Of a stretch of DNA of 64,000 nucleotides, positions 18,571-27,615 are shown one piece after another. Position numbers and translations under genes: made by a program. The stretch is from Verrucomicrobiales bacterium. Lineage in GTDB: Bacteria; Verrucomicrobiota; Verrucomicrobiia; Limisphaerales; UBA9464. Numbering within the stretch: position 1 is the first letter of the stretch; each line of letters opens with the position of its first letter. Below the pieces are notes generated by a model. That model was not told where the DNA came from. It saw nothing but the letters and a program-made list of their open reading frames with translations, and did not search any database. The DNA is taken from contig JAIXUV010000080.1 of the NCBI GenBank assembly GCA_027483345.1, positions 1,679 through 65,678 of the forward strand. Reading direction: 5' to 3'.

Positions 18571-18632
18571 GCAGATCACCCCTTGCGCGAACCCCGCGAA
18601 GTGCGGGATGCATCAGACTCAGGAGCATTCCC

Positions 18633-19940
18633 ATGACGACCGGCTACAAGACCCTCACCCCCATCCAACTCGGCAACCTGCTGCACGCGCTCGCCGCCCG
18701 GCGGTTGCCCTGGCTCGCCGCCCGGGTGTGGCTGGCCTGTGTTGAACTGGTTGCCATCCGGGAGGCGGCCCAACGGGTGCGCCGACTCCGCCGGGACCGA
18801 CGGGTGGTCCAATCCGAGTTTCAACGAAGCGAACTGGAGACATTGACCGGCCTCAACGCCCGATCGGTAGCCCGAGCCTTGGGACGGCTCCAGCAACTCG
18901 GACTGGTCGAGTTCAAGGCGACGGCCGTCGCGCTGTCTGAACTTCCGATGTCGGAAGCGGGGGCAACGATTCGAGATCTCGCCGGTGGTCGCAGCGCCCG
19001 CCGTCCCGTTCCGGTCCCCCGCACGGTGCTTCGCTTCCTTGCGGCCCAAGAGACGGCGGCGCTGGGCCGGGTCATGTTAGGCTACGTCTGCCGTGGGCTT
19101 TCCATCGACCGGGTGAGTGGCGCTCTCCGCGAAGCAGGCACGGTGAAAGCCAGTTGGCTGGCCGACACTCTGGGTCTGAGCCTGCGGTCGGTTCGCTACG
19201 CACAGGCGGAACTACGGGAGAAGGGATGGATTGGTAAGGACGTCGGTTCAAAACAGTGGAAGCTCAACCGCCACGGAGCCTGGTTCCGGATCAATCTGAA
19301 CTGGAGGCTGCCGTCACGGGAGTCAGAAGGGGCTGCCTGCGATGCCACGAACCGCGTGCGCTTTGCACGCCCTACACCGGATTTCTGCACCTCCGTTGCA
19401 CCCCCTAAAGAAGACCGGAAAACTCCTTCGGAATCTAAAAACCAGAAACCTGGTGTTTCCGGAACGGGGACTGGGAAGGAACGACCGGTGTGTCCGCAGC
19501 CGCTGCCAACCCCAACGCTCGCGAACATCCGATTGGCGGATCTCCACGACCGCAGCCGCCTGGGTTCGCTGCGACAGCAAGCCGTCGCTCGGGGGTGGTT
19601 GCGGGATTGTGAGGCCGATGCCCTGAACTTCTTTGCCGCAGCGGTGCGGGCGCGTTCCACGCCCGCCCGGGATCCGGTCCGGGTTTTCGTGGCTTTGGTG
19701 CGCGGACACGGCTGGCGGCACGTCACCCAGGCGCAGGAGGACGAAGCGCGGCGGATGCTCCGGCCCGCCGATTCGGCCAAACTCGGCGAACCCGCCCGAG
19801 TGGGCGCAATCCCCGACCCGCTGCGGGTCGTTATGGGGTCGGTCTTGGCCCGGATTTCCTGCTCAAAATCAGCACCCGCAGTAAACTCGGTCTTACCGCC
19901 TCGGAACCCCGCACAGCCCCACCTCCCGGAAGCAGTTTAG
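18633..19940 (+). CDS. putative replication initiator or DNA-binding protein with two winged-helix modules
   Basis: SVARALGRLQQLGLVEF and LSLRSVRYAQAELREKGWI are wHTH-like. aggag 7 nt upstream of the ATG. Position next to the iterons and parA. Confidence 0.4.
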   Translation: MTTGYKTLTPIQLGNLLHALAARRLPWLAARVWLACVELVAIREAAQRVRRLRRDRRVVQSEFQRSELETLTGLNARSVARALGRLQQLGLVEFKATAVALSELPMSEAGATIRDLAGGRSARRPVPVPRTVLRFLAAQETAALGRVMLGYVCRGLSIDRVSGALREAGTVKASWLADTLGLSLRSVRYAQAELREKGWIGKDVGSKQWKLNRHGAWFRINLNWRLPSRESEGAACDATNRVRFARPTPDFCTSVAPPKEDRKTPSESKNQKPGVSGTGTGKERPVCPQPLPTPTLANIRLADLHDRSRLGSLRQQAVARGWLRDCEADALNFFAAAVRARSTPARDPVRVFVALVRGHGWRHVTQAQEDEARRMLRPADSAKLGEPARVGAIPDPLRVVMGSVLARISCSKSAPAVNSVLPPRNPAQPHLPEAV

Positions 19941-19952
19941 CCCGGGCATACT

Positions 19953-20258
19953 GTGATCCGACAAAGGCACAAAATTATGAGCGATAACCAAAATACTTCC
20001 CATGCTCCCGAGCTTCCCGGCGAAACCATCGACCGGTCCCGGCTCAACGAAATCGGTGACCTGGTCTTCCAGGTATTGGACTTCTGCACGGACGAAGCGA
20101 ACTGGCCCAACTACGAACTCGTCGCCAAGGAACAGGGTGTTCCAGTCGGTCAGGTGATTGCAGCGGCTGTGGCTGGAACTTTCCTCCGGCATTACACGGT
20201 CTTCCCCAAGGCTCCCGCCACGGAATCCACCAACATCCTGGAAGCTAGAAATCCATGA
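19953..20258 (+). CDS. hypothetical protein
   Basis: 101-aa ORF with acidic, non-shadow composition. The start may be the internal ATG (MSDNQ). Confidence 0.4.
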   Translation: MIRQRHKIMSDNQNTSHAPELPGETIDRSRLNEIGDLVFQVLDFCTDEANWPNYELVAKEQGVPVGQVIAAAVAGTFLRHYTVFPKAPATESTNILEARNP

Positions 20259-20388
20259 ATCCTTCCGGCTTCCAAACCCAAGATCTTGGCGGCAGCCGTC
20301 CCTACGAAATCGGCCAGTTGCCTGACGAATTATCGCCTAAGGCGCCTTCAATCGCGGCAGCTGTTTCAACTCTGACTCCGAACTCCCA

Positions 20389-21039
20389 ATGAATCCCAAC
20401 GAAGCAGAAATCTATCCCCTCGGGGGTTGCCTGGCGGTCGCGTGTTGTCTCCCTGAACCAATCAGTTCGCAGTTCACCCACGACCACATGGAAAGCCTCC
20501 GGAGGACGTCTCACCCATCAGAACCGACCACCCCCGGACGCTCTGGTGGACCGGAATCGCCACCCGAGCCGATTCCGGCATTGCTGAACGCGTTGCTAGA
20601 GCTGTGCCGGTCGGAAGTCCACGCTGGATTCAACCGAGTTGGGATTCTGTCACGATACACCTGTCGCGGCGGCGCGTTCGGACGGCTCCGCCTGGCCGAA
20701 GGCGACACGCCCGAACCTCAGCTTCCCGTCGTTTTGGTGTTCCTCCATGTGACGGGCTGTCTTCATGTCACCCATGAGATCGCGCCGGGCAATTCGAGAT
20801 CCGTTCGGATTCCGATTTTCCACGGAGCGGTGGTGGGGCTGCCGATGAACTACCCGCTGATGGTGTTTGAAGACATCAAACCGACCGAAGGCACGATCGG
20901 TTGTGGTGTATCGATTGCCGTCATGGCCGCCGACGTTGTAAGGGCTCGGAGAGGGCCGAAGGCGAGGCCCGGGATAACCGATGTCCGGCAACCTATCGCA
21001 ACCAATAAGGTGGCGAACACGCACGGAGGACAACCGTGA
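20389..21039 (+). CDS. hypothetical protein
   Basis: 216-aa ORF whose stop overlaps the GTG start of the next gene (GTGA). Confidence 0.45.
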   Translation: MNPNEAEIYPLGGCLAVACCLPEPISSQFTHDHMESLRRTSHPSEPTTPGRSGGPESPPEPIPALLNALLELCRSEVHAGFNRVGILSRYTCRGGAFGRLRLAEGDTPEPQLPVVLVFLHVTGCLHVTHEIAPGNSRSVRIPIFHGAVVGLPMNYPLMVFEDIKPTEGTIGCGVSIAVMAADVVRARRGPKARPGITDVRQPIATNKVANTHGGQP

Positions 21040-21830
21040 GCGACAAATCAAAGATTGAATGGACGGATGCGACGTGGAACCCGGTTCGGGGTTGCACGAA
21101 AATCAGCCCCGGCTGTGCCTACTGCTACGCCGAGAAGTTTGCGGAACGGTTCCGGGGCGTTCCTGGTAGTCACTTTGAACAGGGATTCGACCTCCGGCTG
21201 GTTCCCGAAAAGCTCGGCGAACCGCTCCGGTTCGCACAGCCCAAGCGCATCTTCGTAAACTCGATGAGCGACTTGTTCCATGTCGGCGTTTCCGACAATT
21301 ACATCGAACAAGTGACGCAGGTCATGGCAGCTAGTCCGTGGCACACCTATCAAGTCCTCACCAAACGCTCCGAGCGTATGCGGGACCTGCTCCTTGGGCG
21401 GCTGCGGTTTGCCGCCGGGCTGGCGCACATCTGGTGGGGCGTCAGCGTGGAGGACCGGCGCTTCGGCCTGCCGCGTGTGGACCACCTCCGGGAATCGGGC
21501 GCGGCAATGAAGTTCCTTTCGGTCGAACCCCTGCTCGAATACCTCGGGACAGTGGAATTCGCTGGGCTGGACTGGGTGATTATAGGCGGGGAAAGCGGTC
21601 CCGGTGCCCGCCCGATGCCGGCCGAGTGGGCTCGCCCGATTCGCGATCACTGCGTTCAGCGCGGGGTGCCGTTCTTCTTCAAGCAATGGGGTGGCGTCCG
21701 CAAGCACACGACCGGCCGCGTGATAGACGGCCGCACTTGGGATCAGTTTCCAGTCCGACCCAGCGTTGCGGTTCCGCCTTTGGCTCAGCGCCGGGAGTTG
21801 ATGACGCAACTTTCACTTCAATCCACTTAG
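21036..21830 (+). CDS. DUF5131 (phage Gp37/Gp68) family protein
   Basis: N-terminus SKIEWTDATWNPVRGCTKISPGCAYCYAE is the family signature. GGAGGA 5 nt upstream of the GTG. Confidence 0.8.
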   Translation: MSDKSKIEWTDATWNPVRGCTKISPGCAYCYAEKFAERFRGVPGSHFEQGFDLRLVPEKLGEPLRFAQPKRIFVNSMSDLFHVGVSDNYIEQVTQVMAASPWHTYQVLTKRSERMRDLLLGRLRFAAGLAHIWWGVSVEDRRFGLPRVDHLRESGAAMKFLSVEPLLEYLGTVEFAGLDWVIIGGESGPGARPMPAEWARPIRDHCVQRGVPFFFKQWGGVRKHTTGRVIDGRTWDQFPVRPSVAVPPLAQRRELMTQLSLQST

Positions 21831-21833
21831 AAC

Positions 21834-22058
21834 ATGAGCAAAGCAACTTTTGAACTCGGCGAGCTGATCTGCCAGCACCTGACGCTCCGCTACAGTCCCC
21901 ACGGGAAGCGGGCTCTGGCCAAGTTGGCCAAAGAGATGGGGTCCACAGTTGAGCAGATCGTGGCCACGTCCCTTGCGCGGCGGATCGAACAGCGGTTTGA
22001 CCTCACGCCCAAGGCGGAAGGCATTCCTCCAATGGAGGGTCGGACCTTGGTGGAATGA
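21834..22058 (+). CDS. hypothetical small protein
   Basis: 74-aa ORF starting 3 nt after the DUF5131 gene. Confidence 0.4.
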   Translation: MSKATFELGELICQHLTLRYSPHGKRALAKLAKEMGSTVEQIVATSLARRIEQRFDLTPKAEGIPPMEGRTLVE

Positions 22059-22184
22059 GTTTCCCGTCGGTAGTCTGTCTCCCTGGAAGCGCTGGAAGGA
22101 TGCTTGAATCGGCTCGCACCGAAGCCCCATGAGCGGAACCAGTAGGCAGCCCGTCCCTGGATCGAGTCTCAGCCCAACATCCCG

Positions 22185-23174
22185 ATGCCTGAACTCCAAC
22201 CAGAGGTAAGCAGCGACGTCCAACCCGTGCGTCTGAGTGAGCTGCCGAACCTCATCGAAGAGTTTTTCGGGCTGGGTTACAGGGACAATCGTCTTGGCTT
22301 CGGCGGGCTGTGGGCGGGTTCGGATATGGCCCGGCTGGGATTGGACCGGTCGGTGGACCGTGAAACGCTCGGGAACATCTTCAGTTTCCGCTGCCCGGCG
22401 GGCGACCAGCTTCCGCCTCGGGAATGGCGAGAGACAGACCCGGTCATCGCGCAACGCATCAACTTTACGGGCAATCCGCTCGTCTCAACCCTTTGGGGCC
22501 TGGGCGGGCGCAAAGAGTGCCTGGCGCTGATGGAGACGCGCCACCGAGCGATGGATCAGGCAATGAAGCTCCTTCAGCGTGTCGCCGTCCTCGAATCGGA
22601 ATCGAAGCACCCGCTCCTCCGCCGGGGATGTCTTTATGCGGCCTTCCTTTCCGGAGCTGCCCCGGACCAGACGCCGCGTCTGGAAACCAACATCCTGATT
22701 GCCCAGCAGTATCGGCTGCCGAACGGCAAGGCAGTGCATTTCCCGCTCACCTTGGCACCCTGGGCCGTGAGCGAACTGATCGCCCGTTCGGAATGGCGCA
22801 GACTGAGCGAAACATTGGGGACGTTTGGCCTGACAGAGCGCACCCAGGTCCCTGAGAATCTCTTTAGACCCCCTGCCCTGCGGGATTTACGGCCGTCGGA
22901 GCAGCCGCTGCCCGGAAGCGTTGCCGACCGCCGCCTAGCGGGTCCCGAGTTGATTGTGGCCTGGCGGAATCAGGCCGCCGCCAAGGGCTTCGGGCGGGAA
23001 CAGGTGAAGGCGCTGTTCGCCGCCGGTCAATTGCTGGGCAAAGTCGTCCGCTGGGAGCGAAACAACCTGGGCCCCGCGGGAGTCGAAGCAGCCTACCACG
23101 CCGTGGCCCGGACGGGTTCCCGACTTTCGACTGCCTCTCCGGAGAAGGATCACAGCCATGGACCATCACTCTGA
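22185..23174 (+). CDS. degenerate TrwC/MOBF relaxase-domain paralog (predicted catalytically dead)
   Basis: Block-wise similarity to the N-terminus of the relaxase at 54561-57020: GLWAGSDMARLGLDRSVDRETLGNIF vs GKWLGEGAKALGLSGDVGPQVYRNLM, and CLYAAFLSGAAPDQTPRLETNILIAQ vs LLWAAFEHGTSRNLDPQLHIHVVLVN. The His triad and N-terminal Tyr residues are absent. Confidence 0.45.
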   Translation: MPELQPEVSSDVQPVRLSELPNLIEEFFGLGYRDNRLGFGGLWAGSDMARLGLDRSVDRETLGNIFSFRCPAGDQLPPREWRETDPVIAQRINFTGNPLVSTLWGLGGRKECLALMETRHRAMDQAMKLLQRVAVLESESKHPLLRRGCLYAAFLSGAAPDQTPRLETNILIAQQYRLPNGKAVHFPLTLAPWAVSELIARSEWRRLSETLGTFGLTERTQVPENLFRPPALRDLRPSEQPLPGSVADRRLAGPELIVAWRNQAAAKGFGREQVKALFAAGQLLGKVVRWERNNLGPAGVEAAYHAVARTGSRLSTASPEKDHSHGPSL

Positions 23175-23302
23175 TTGCCGTCGCAACGAGGGCGATCAGG
23201 CCAACGGCTGGACGCTCCGGCCTTCGGGGTGAAGCAAACAGTCTGAAAGTCTGGATAGTTGGGCAGGCGGCACCCCACCGGGATTGCCGCAGGAGGAGAC
23301 GA

Positions 23303-24613
23303 ATGAAGCTGCTGGCGGTGACGCCCCTCGGGCGAAACCGCGAAACATCACGCCTATGGATCGAGAGCCGACGGCTCGAAGCGTTGGGGTTTCCGCCCGG
23401 AATGCCCTTCTCCGTGGAGTCGAAGGCTGGGGAACTCCTGCTCAAGCCGGCCATTCTGGCAGAAAATCACGTCTCCAGCCGGCAAATAACCGGTGGACGC
23501 CGCCCGATCATCGACGTCGCCAATCAAGCCATCCTCCAGGGACTCGCGGAATATCCCGAACTCAAAATCACCGGCTGGTTCGAGCGCCTTCAAATCAGTC
23601 CTACCCGTCGGGCGGCAGCCATCCTGCGAAGCCGTCGCCTGACGCCCCCGTTCCGGGTGCTGGAAGTGTTTGCGGGCGGCGGAACCATGACGGCTGCCCT
23701 GACTGCCAACGACCACTTCGTGGTCCAAGGCGGCATCGAAATCGAACCGCGTTTCGCCGACGTCTGGCAGGCGGCCCACCCGGAAGCGGCGTTGATCCAG
23801 GCCGACATCCGAGCGGTGGAGGTCTCGGACTTGCCGCCCTTCGACATCTTGATTGGCGGCATTCCCTGCACCAGCCACTCGAACCTCGGACGGGCCAAAA
23901 AGGCTCTCGCGGGCAAACCCGAGCTGGGCGACACCGGCGATCTGTTCATCCCGGTGTTGTCGATGGTGCGCGACCGGATGCCTGCAGCCATCGTGTTCGA
24001 GAACGTGCCGTCCTTTGGCACCAGTCTCGCCGGGCAGTTGATCGTCACCCATCTCGAACGCCTCGGCTACCACGTCTTCACCACCGTCTTGAAACCCAAC
24101 GCCGAATGGAACGAAATCGAGGACCGGCAACGCTGGCTTCTGGTAGCCACGCTGGACCATCCATTTGAGCTCAAGGTACCCGGAATTCCAAACACCACCC
24201 CCGTATCTGCCTTCCTCGACCCATTGGACCCGGAGCGGGACGCCTCCGATGCGCGGCGAATTGCGGTCACCATTGCCGGACTCCGTCGCCACGCCGAGCG
24301 ACACCGGGAACTAGGGCATGGTTTCGGCTTCACCGTCCTCAATGGTTCCGAGATGCGGATTCCCGTAATCACGAAGAGCTACCACAAGATCAACTCAGGA
24401 CCTTTCGTTCAGACACCTTTCGGTCCACGCCTGCTGCGTCTGGTGGAGTTGGAGCGTATTCGAGAGCTTCCACTCACCACTTCGGATTCTTCAATAGGTG
24501 CAGAATTGATTGGCCAAGGAGTTCAACCAACAGTCTTCAAGGAACTGTTTCACCAGTTAAGTGCGACGCTTTCCACGACAGGGGCACCTGTTCACCTCAG
24601 GCTGGGCGGCTAA
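23303..24613 (+). CDS. dcm: DNA (cytosine-5)-methyltransferase, orphan, with an extra ~100-aa N-terminal domain
   Basis: Motif I VLEVFAGGGTM, motif IV GGIPCTSHS, motif VI VFENVPSF. AGGAGG 6 nt upstream of the ATG. No adjacent endonuclease gene. Confidence 0.85.
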   Translation: MKLLAVTPLGRNRETSRLWIESRRLEALGFPPGMPFSVESKAGELLLKPAILAENHVSSRQITGGRRPIIDVANQAILQGLAEYPELKITGWFERLQISPTRRAAAILRSRRLTPPFRVLEVFAGGGTMTAALTANDHFVVQGGIEIEPRFADVWQAAHPEAALIQADIRAVEVSDLPPFDILIGGIPCTSHSNLGRAKKALAGKPELGDTGDLFIPVLSMVRDRMPAAIVFENVPSFGTSLAGQLIVTHLERLGYHVFTTVLKPNAEWNEIEDRQRWLLVATLDHPFELKVPGIPNTTPVSAFLDPLDPERDASDARRIAVTIAGLRRHAERHRELGHGFGFTVLNGSEMRIPVITKSYHKINSGPFVQTPFGPRLLRLVELERIRELPLTTSDSSIGAELIGQGVQPTVFKELFHQLSATLSTTGAPVHLRLGG

Positions 24614-24824
24614 GGGGGCGTCAGGTAGCGTCGTGGCAATGAACGGCGGCGACCTCACACCAAGTGCGGCAGTGCTTGGGAGCGCGATTGCGCATAAAGC
24701 GCGGGACAGGATCCCAGCAAAACCATTCTGCGACGAATGCCGCTGTTTCAGTTTCGAATTCTGCCCGTCTTGGAGACTGCGGAAGGAGAGTGGACGGACA
24801 ATTGACCGGAAGCGATCGCAGCCT

Positions 24825-25040
24825 TCAGGAATCAGGCTGTGGGCCTGCCCTGTGGTGAGAGTGATCATTGCGATGTCGCTCGACATCCTCTAAAAGATAA
24901 AAGTAGGCGTTACGCTGCCTTCGAAATCGCAACTTTCCCGTCTCACGGAGGTGCATCAGTTCGCAGCTTGAAATGCGAAGCAGTTCGCGGGCCTGTCCGC
25001 TGGAAAGCCAAGAGGCGGTTTGCGGAGTGTGATTGACCAT
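24825..25040 (-). CDS. small helix-turn-helix (excisionase/MerR-like) DNA-binding protein
   Basis: WLSSGQARELLRISSCELMHLRETGKLRF. Divergent from the dnd-associated methyltransferase. Confidence 0.55.
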   Translation of the reverse strand: MVNHTPQTASWLSSGQARELLRISSCELMHLRETGKLRFRRQRNAYFYLLEDVERHRNDHSHHRAGPQPDS

Positions 25041-25145
25041 AAGCTTGCGGACACTTTCCTGCCACTAGGCGGGCGAGACTCAGATGTTTAGCGTCATCGT
25101 CGCCCTTGTCAGGCTACCTTGATTCCGATGAACCTCTACTGAATT

Positions 25146-27419
25146 GTGAATCTGCAGGAATATCTCGGCTGTCTTGAGAGGCTCACCTTCGGGAAGCGAT
25201 TGCCGGGCGCGCTTTACGCGGCCCGGGAGGAAGGGAGTGATTTTGGCCCGGAGCTGAATCAACTGTTAGCGCAATTGGCGGTGGATTTTGAAGTGGGGCC
25301 GGAATTCAACCTGATCAAGTTCCGGACGGGGGAACTGAAGGTCTCGTTTCTGAGCTATCCAAACTTCATGGAGGATCCGCATCCGGCGCTCCGACATGCG
25401 GTCACAATTGATCTAGCCAGTGGCAAGGCGCGCCACACGGATTACGCGGACAATCTAAATCCGCCGATTCTACACCGAAAGGAAACTTTCCTGGCTCCAG
25501 AGCATCCGCGGCGCGCGGGGTTTGCCGCGTTGACCAAGGCCGAAGAGGCGGCGGGGCTCTACGAACACACGGCGACCATCGGCTTCAAGCTGAACTGGGA
25601 ACGACTACTTTGGGAGAAGGGAGTAGTGATCGAGGGGAACGGTCTCCGGAGGCTGGAGAGTTCATCACCGCATGTTGAGCCTGTCCTCGCTCAATCTGGA
25701 GAGGGAGACAGCGGGATTGCAAAGAAGGCAGGGACGATTCTGGTGGATCGGCACAAGACGGCGATGACGAGGTATGACCTTTCCAAGCCGGTGAAAACTC
25801 TGCTGGAGTATGGGATGCTGAACAAAGGCGCGACGTTCTTCGACTACGGGTGTGGGCAAGGGAGCGATGTGCGCGGCCTGCAGGGGCTTGGACACGACGC
25901 GGACGGATGGGACCCGGCGTACCGGCCATCGACGGTCAAGCGCCCCGCCGACATCGTAAACATGGGTTACGTGCTAAACGTAATCGAGGATCCGGTCGAA
26001 CGTCTTGAAGCACTGGTGGACGCGTTCCGGTACGCGCGGCGGCTCTTGGTCGTGTCCGGGCTGATCAACGAGACAGTTGATACCGCGACAGCACAGCAGT
26101 ACGGCGATGGGGTTCTGACGCGAGCAAACACATTTCAGAAGTACTTCGAACAGCAGGAGCTTCAGCAATACATCGAGGATGCGCTGAGTACTACGGCTGT
26201 ACCCGTATCATTGGGAATATTCTACGTGTTCCGTGATCCGGCGGAGCATCAGGACTTCATATCGGCACGGACGCGTCGGACCGTGGACTGGACTCAGATC
26301 AGCGCTCGGCTGGGATTGGGCGAACCCAGAACGATTTGGAAATCGCTGTTCGAAGCACACAAAGAGCTTCTGGACGGCTTCGGAAAAGTAACTTTGGAAC
26401 TGGGGCGAATTCCGAAGCCGTCAGAATACGAGCATCTGGCGCAGATTAACGAGCAACTTGGGTCGGCGAAACGGGCTCTGCGAGCATTCGTGCAAGGCGG
26501 CGGGGCTCAGGGCCTGAAGTGGAATGAAGTTCGGGCCCGGTTCGGAATTGGTCAACCGCCGAAGCCGCGTTGGGAAACCCTTTACGAGGTGAACCGGGAG
26601 CTACTGGATGCGTTCTGGAACTTGATATTGCATCTCGGTCGCTTGCCCCAGCCAGAGGAGTTTCCATCGACGGAGGAGTTGCGGGAGAAGATTGGCTCTC
26701 CGAAACAAGCGCTGAGGATGTTCATCCAAAAGGGCGGCGAAGAAGAAGTGAAGCGCTCGGCGGAGAGCCGGAGGCGGGATCTGCTAGTGTATGTGGCGCT
26801 TGCGAACCTGCGCAAGAAGGTGCCTTTCGGGCATTTGTCGCAAACACTGCGATGGGACATTCGCGAATTCTTCGGAAACTATACGCGTGCGTTGGAGAAA
26901 GGCATCGATCTGCTGTACGCGGCAGGCGACACGGGCGAAATCGAGCTCGCATGCGAGGAATTGAAGGTGGGATGGCAAGATGAGCAGGCGTTGTATCTGC
27001 ACCGAAGCTTGCTGGAAGATCTGCCACCGGTACTGCGGGCCTACGTTGGATGTGCAACAGCGCTGTTCGGTGACGTGTCGCAGGCGGATGTGGTCAAACT
27101 ACACAAGGCCTCGGGCAAAGCGACGTTTCTGGTGTACGACGATTTCGAGGGCAAGCCGCTGCCGGAATTGCAGCATCGCATCAAGGTGAACCTGCGAACA
27201 CGTTGGGTGCAGGTGTTCGACCACCGATCCGACGGTCAATTGCTCTATTTCAAGGAGCGGTTTGTGGGTCCAAAGCATCCACACCGACCTGAAATGGAAG
27301 CATTCAGCGAGAAAATGCGGAGGTTTGGGGTCACTGACACAACTCTAATGGGGCCCACGAAAACAAGGATCGCGCAAATGCTAGAGAATGCGCGGATCAA
27401 TCAACACTTGGAAACGTAG
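25146..27419 (+). CDS. DNA phosphorothioation-associated putative methyltransferase (TIGR04096-like) with a tandemly duplicated C-terminal module
   Basis: FFDYGCGQGSDVRGLQGLGHDADGWDP...VNMGYVLNVIEDPVERLEAL matches my memory of the dnd-associated MTase family. GTG start. Internal ~75-aa repeat at aa 381-455 and 458-533. Confidence 0.7.
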   Translation: MNLQEYLGCLERLTFGKRLPGALYAAREEGSDFGPELNQLLAQLAVDFEVGPEFNLIKFRTGELKVSFLSYPNFMEDPHPALRHAVTIDLASGKARHTDYADNLNPPILHRKETFLAPEHPRRAGFAALTKAEEAAGLYEHTATIGFKLNWERLLWEKGVVIEGNGLRRLESSSPHVEPVLAQSGEGDSGIAKKAGTILVDRHKTAMTRYDLSKPVKTLLEYGMLNKGATFFDYGCGQGSDVRGLQGLGHDADGWDPAYRPSTVKRPADIVNMGYVLNVIEDPVERLEALVDAFRYARRLLVVSGLINETVDTATAQQYGDGVLTRANTFQKYFEQQELQQYIEDALSTTAVPVSLGIFYVFRDPAEHQDFISARTRRTVDWTQISARLGLGEPRTIWKSLFEAHKELLDGFGKVTLELGRIPKPSEYEHLAQINEQLGSAKRALRAFVQGGGAQGLKWNEVRARFGIGQPPKPRWETLYEVNRELLDAFWNLILHLGRLPQPEEFPSTEELREKIGSPKQALRMFIQKGGEEEVKRSAESRRRDLLVYVALANLRKKVPFGHLSQTLRWDIREFFGNYTRALEKGIDLLYAAGDTGEIELACEELKVGWQDEQALYLHRSLLEDLPPVLRAYVGCATALFGDVSQADVVKLHKASGKATFLVYDDFEGKPLPELQHRIKVNLRTRWVQVFDHRSDGQLLYFKERFVGPKHPHRPEMEAFSEKMRRFGVTDTTLMGPTKTRIAQMLENARINQHLET

Positions 27420-27615
27420 CCGGAAGGTGTGCCGGTCTTTTGGAACTTGAAATACTGGCTCCGGATTCTATCCGCCATCTCGATCACTGAGGAGCCCCGA
27501 CCATTGAACTTGCTGCCCCTTTTTAATGCGGATATCAAAATGGCGCGAGTGAGCGTGGTGCTATTGCACACTTGCTCACCGCCGCGAGGCATGTGGCTTT
27601 TCCTGTGCACTGCCC

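Noticed and set aside
23354-24304. 316-aa minus-strand ORF opposite the dcm gene
   Set aside because: The plus-strand frame carries the canonical C5-MTase motifs I, IV and VI. The antisense ORF has none.
27549-27579. Hairpin gtgagc...gctcac in the convergent gap between the methyltransferase and the 508-aa gene, considered as a bidirectional intrinsic terminator
   Set aside because: The stem is interrupted (6 bp + internal loop + 4 bp) and is not followed by a clear T-tract on either strand. It is too weak to call.
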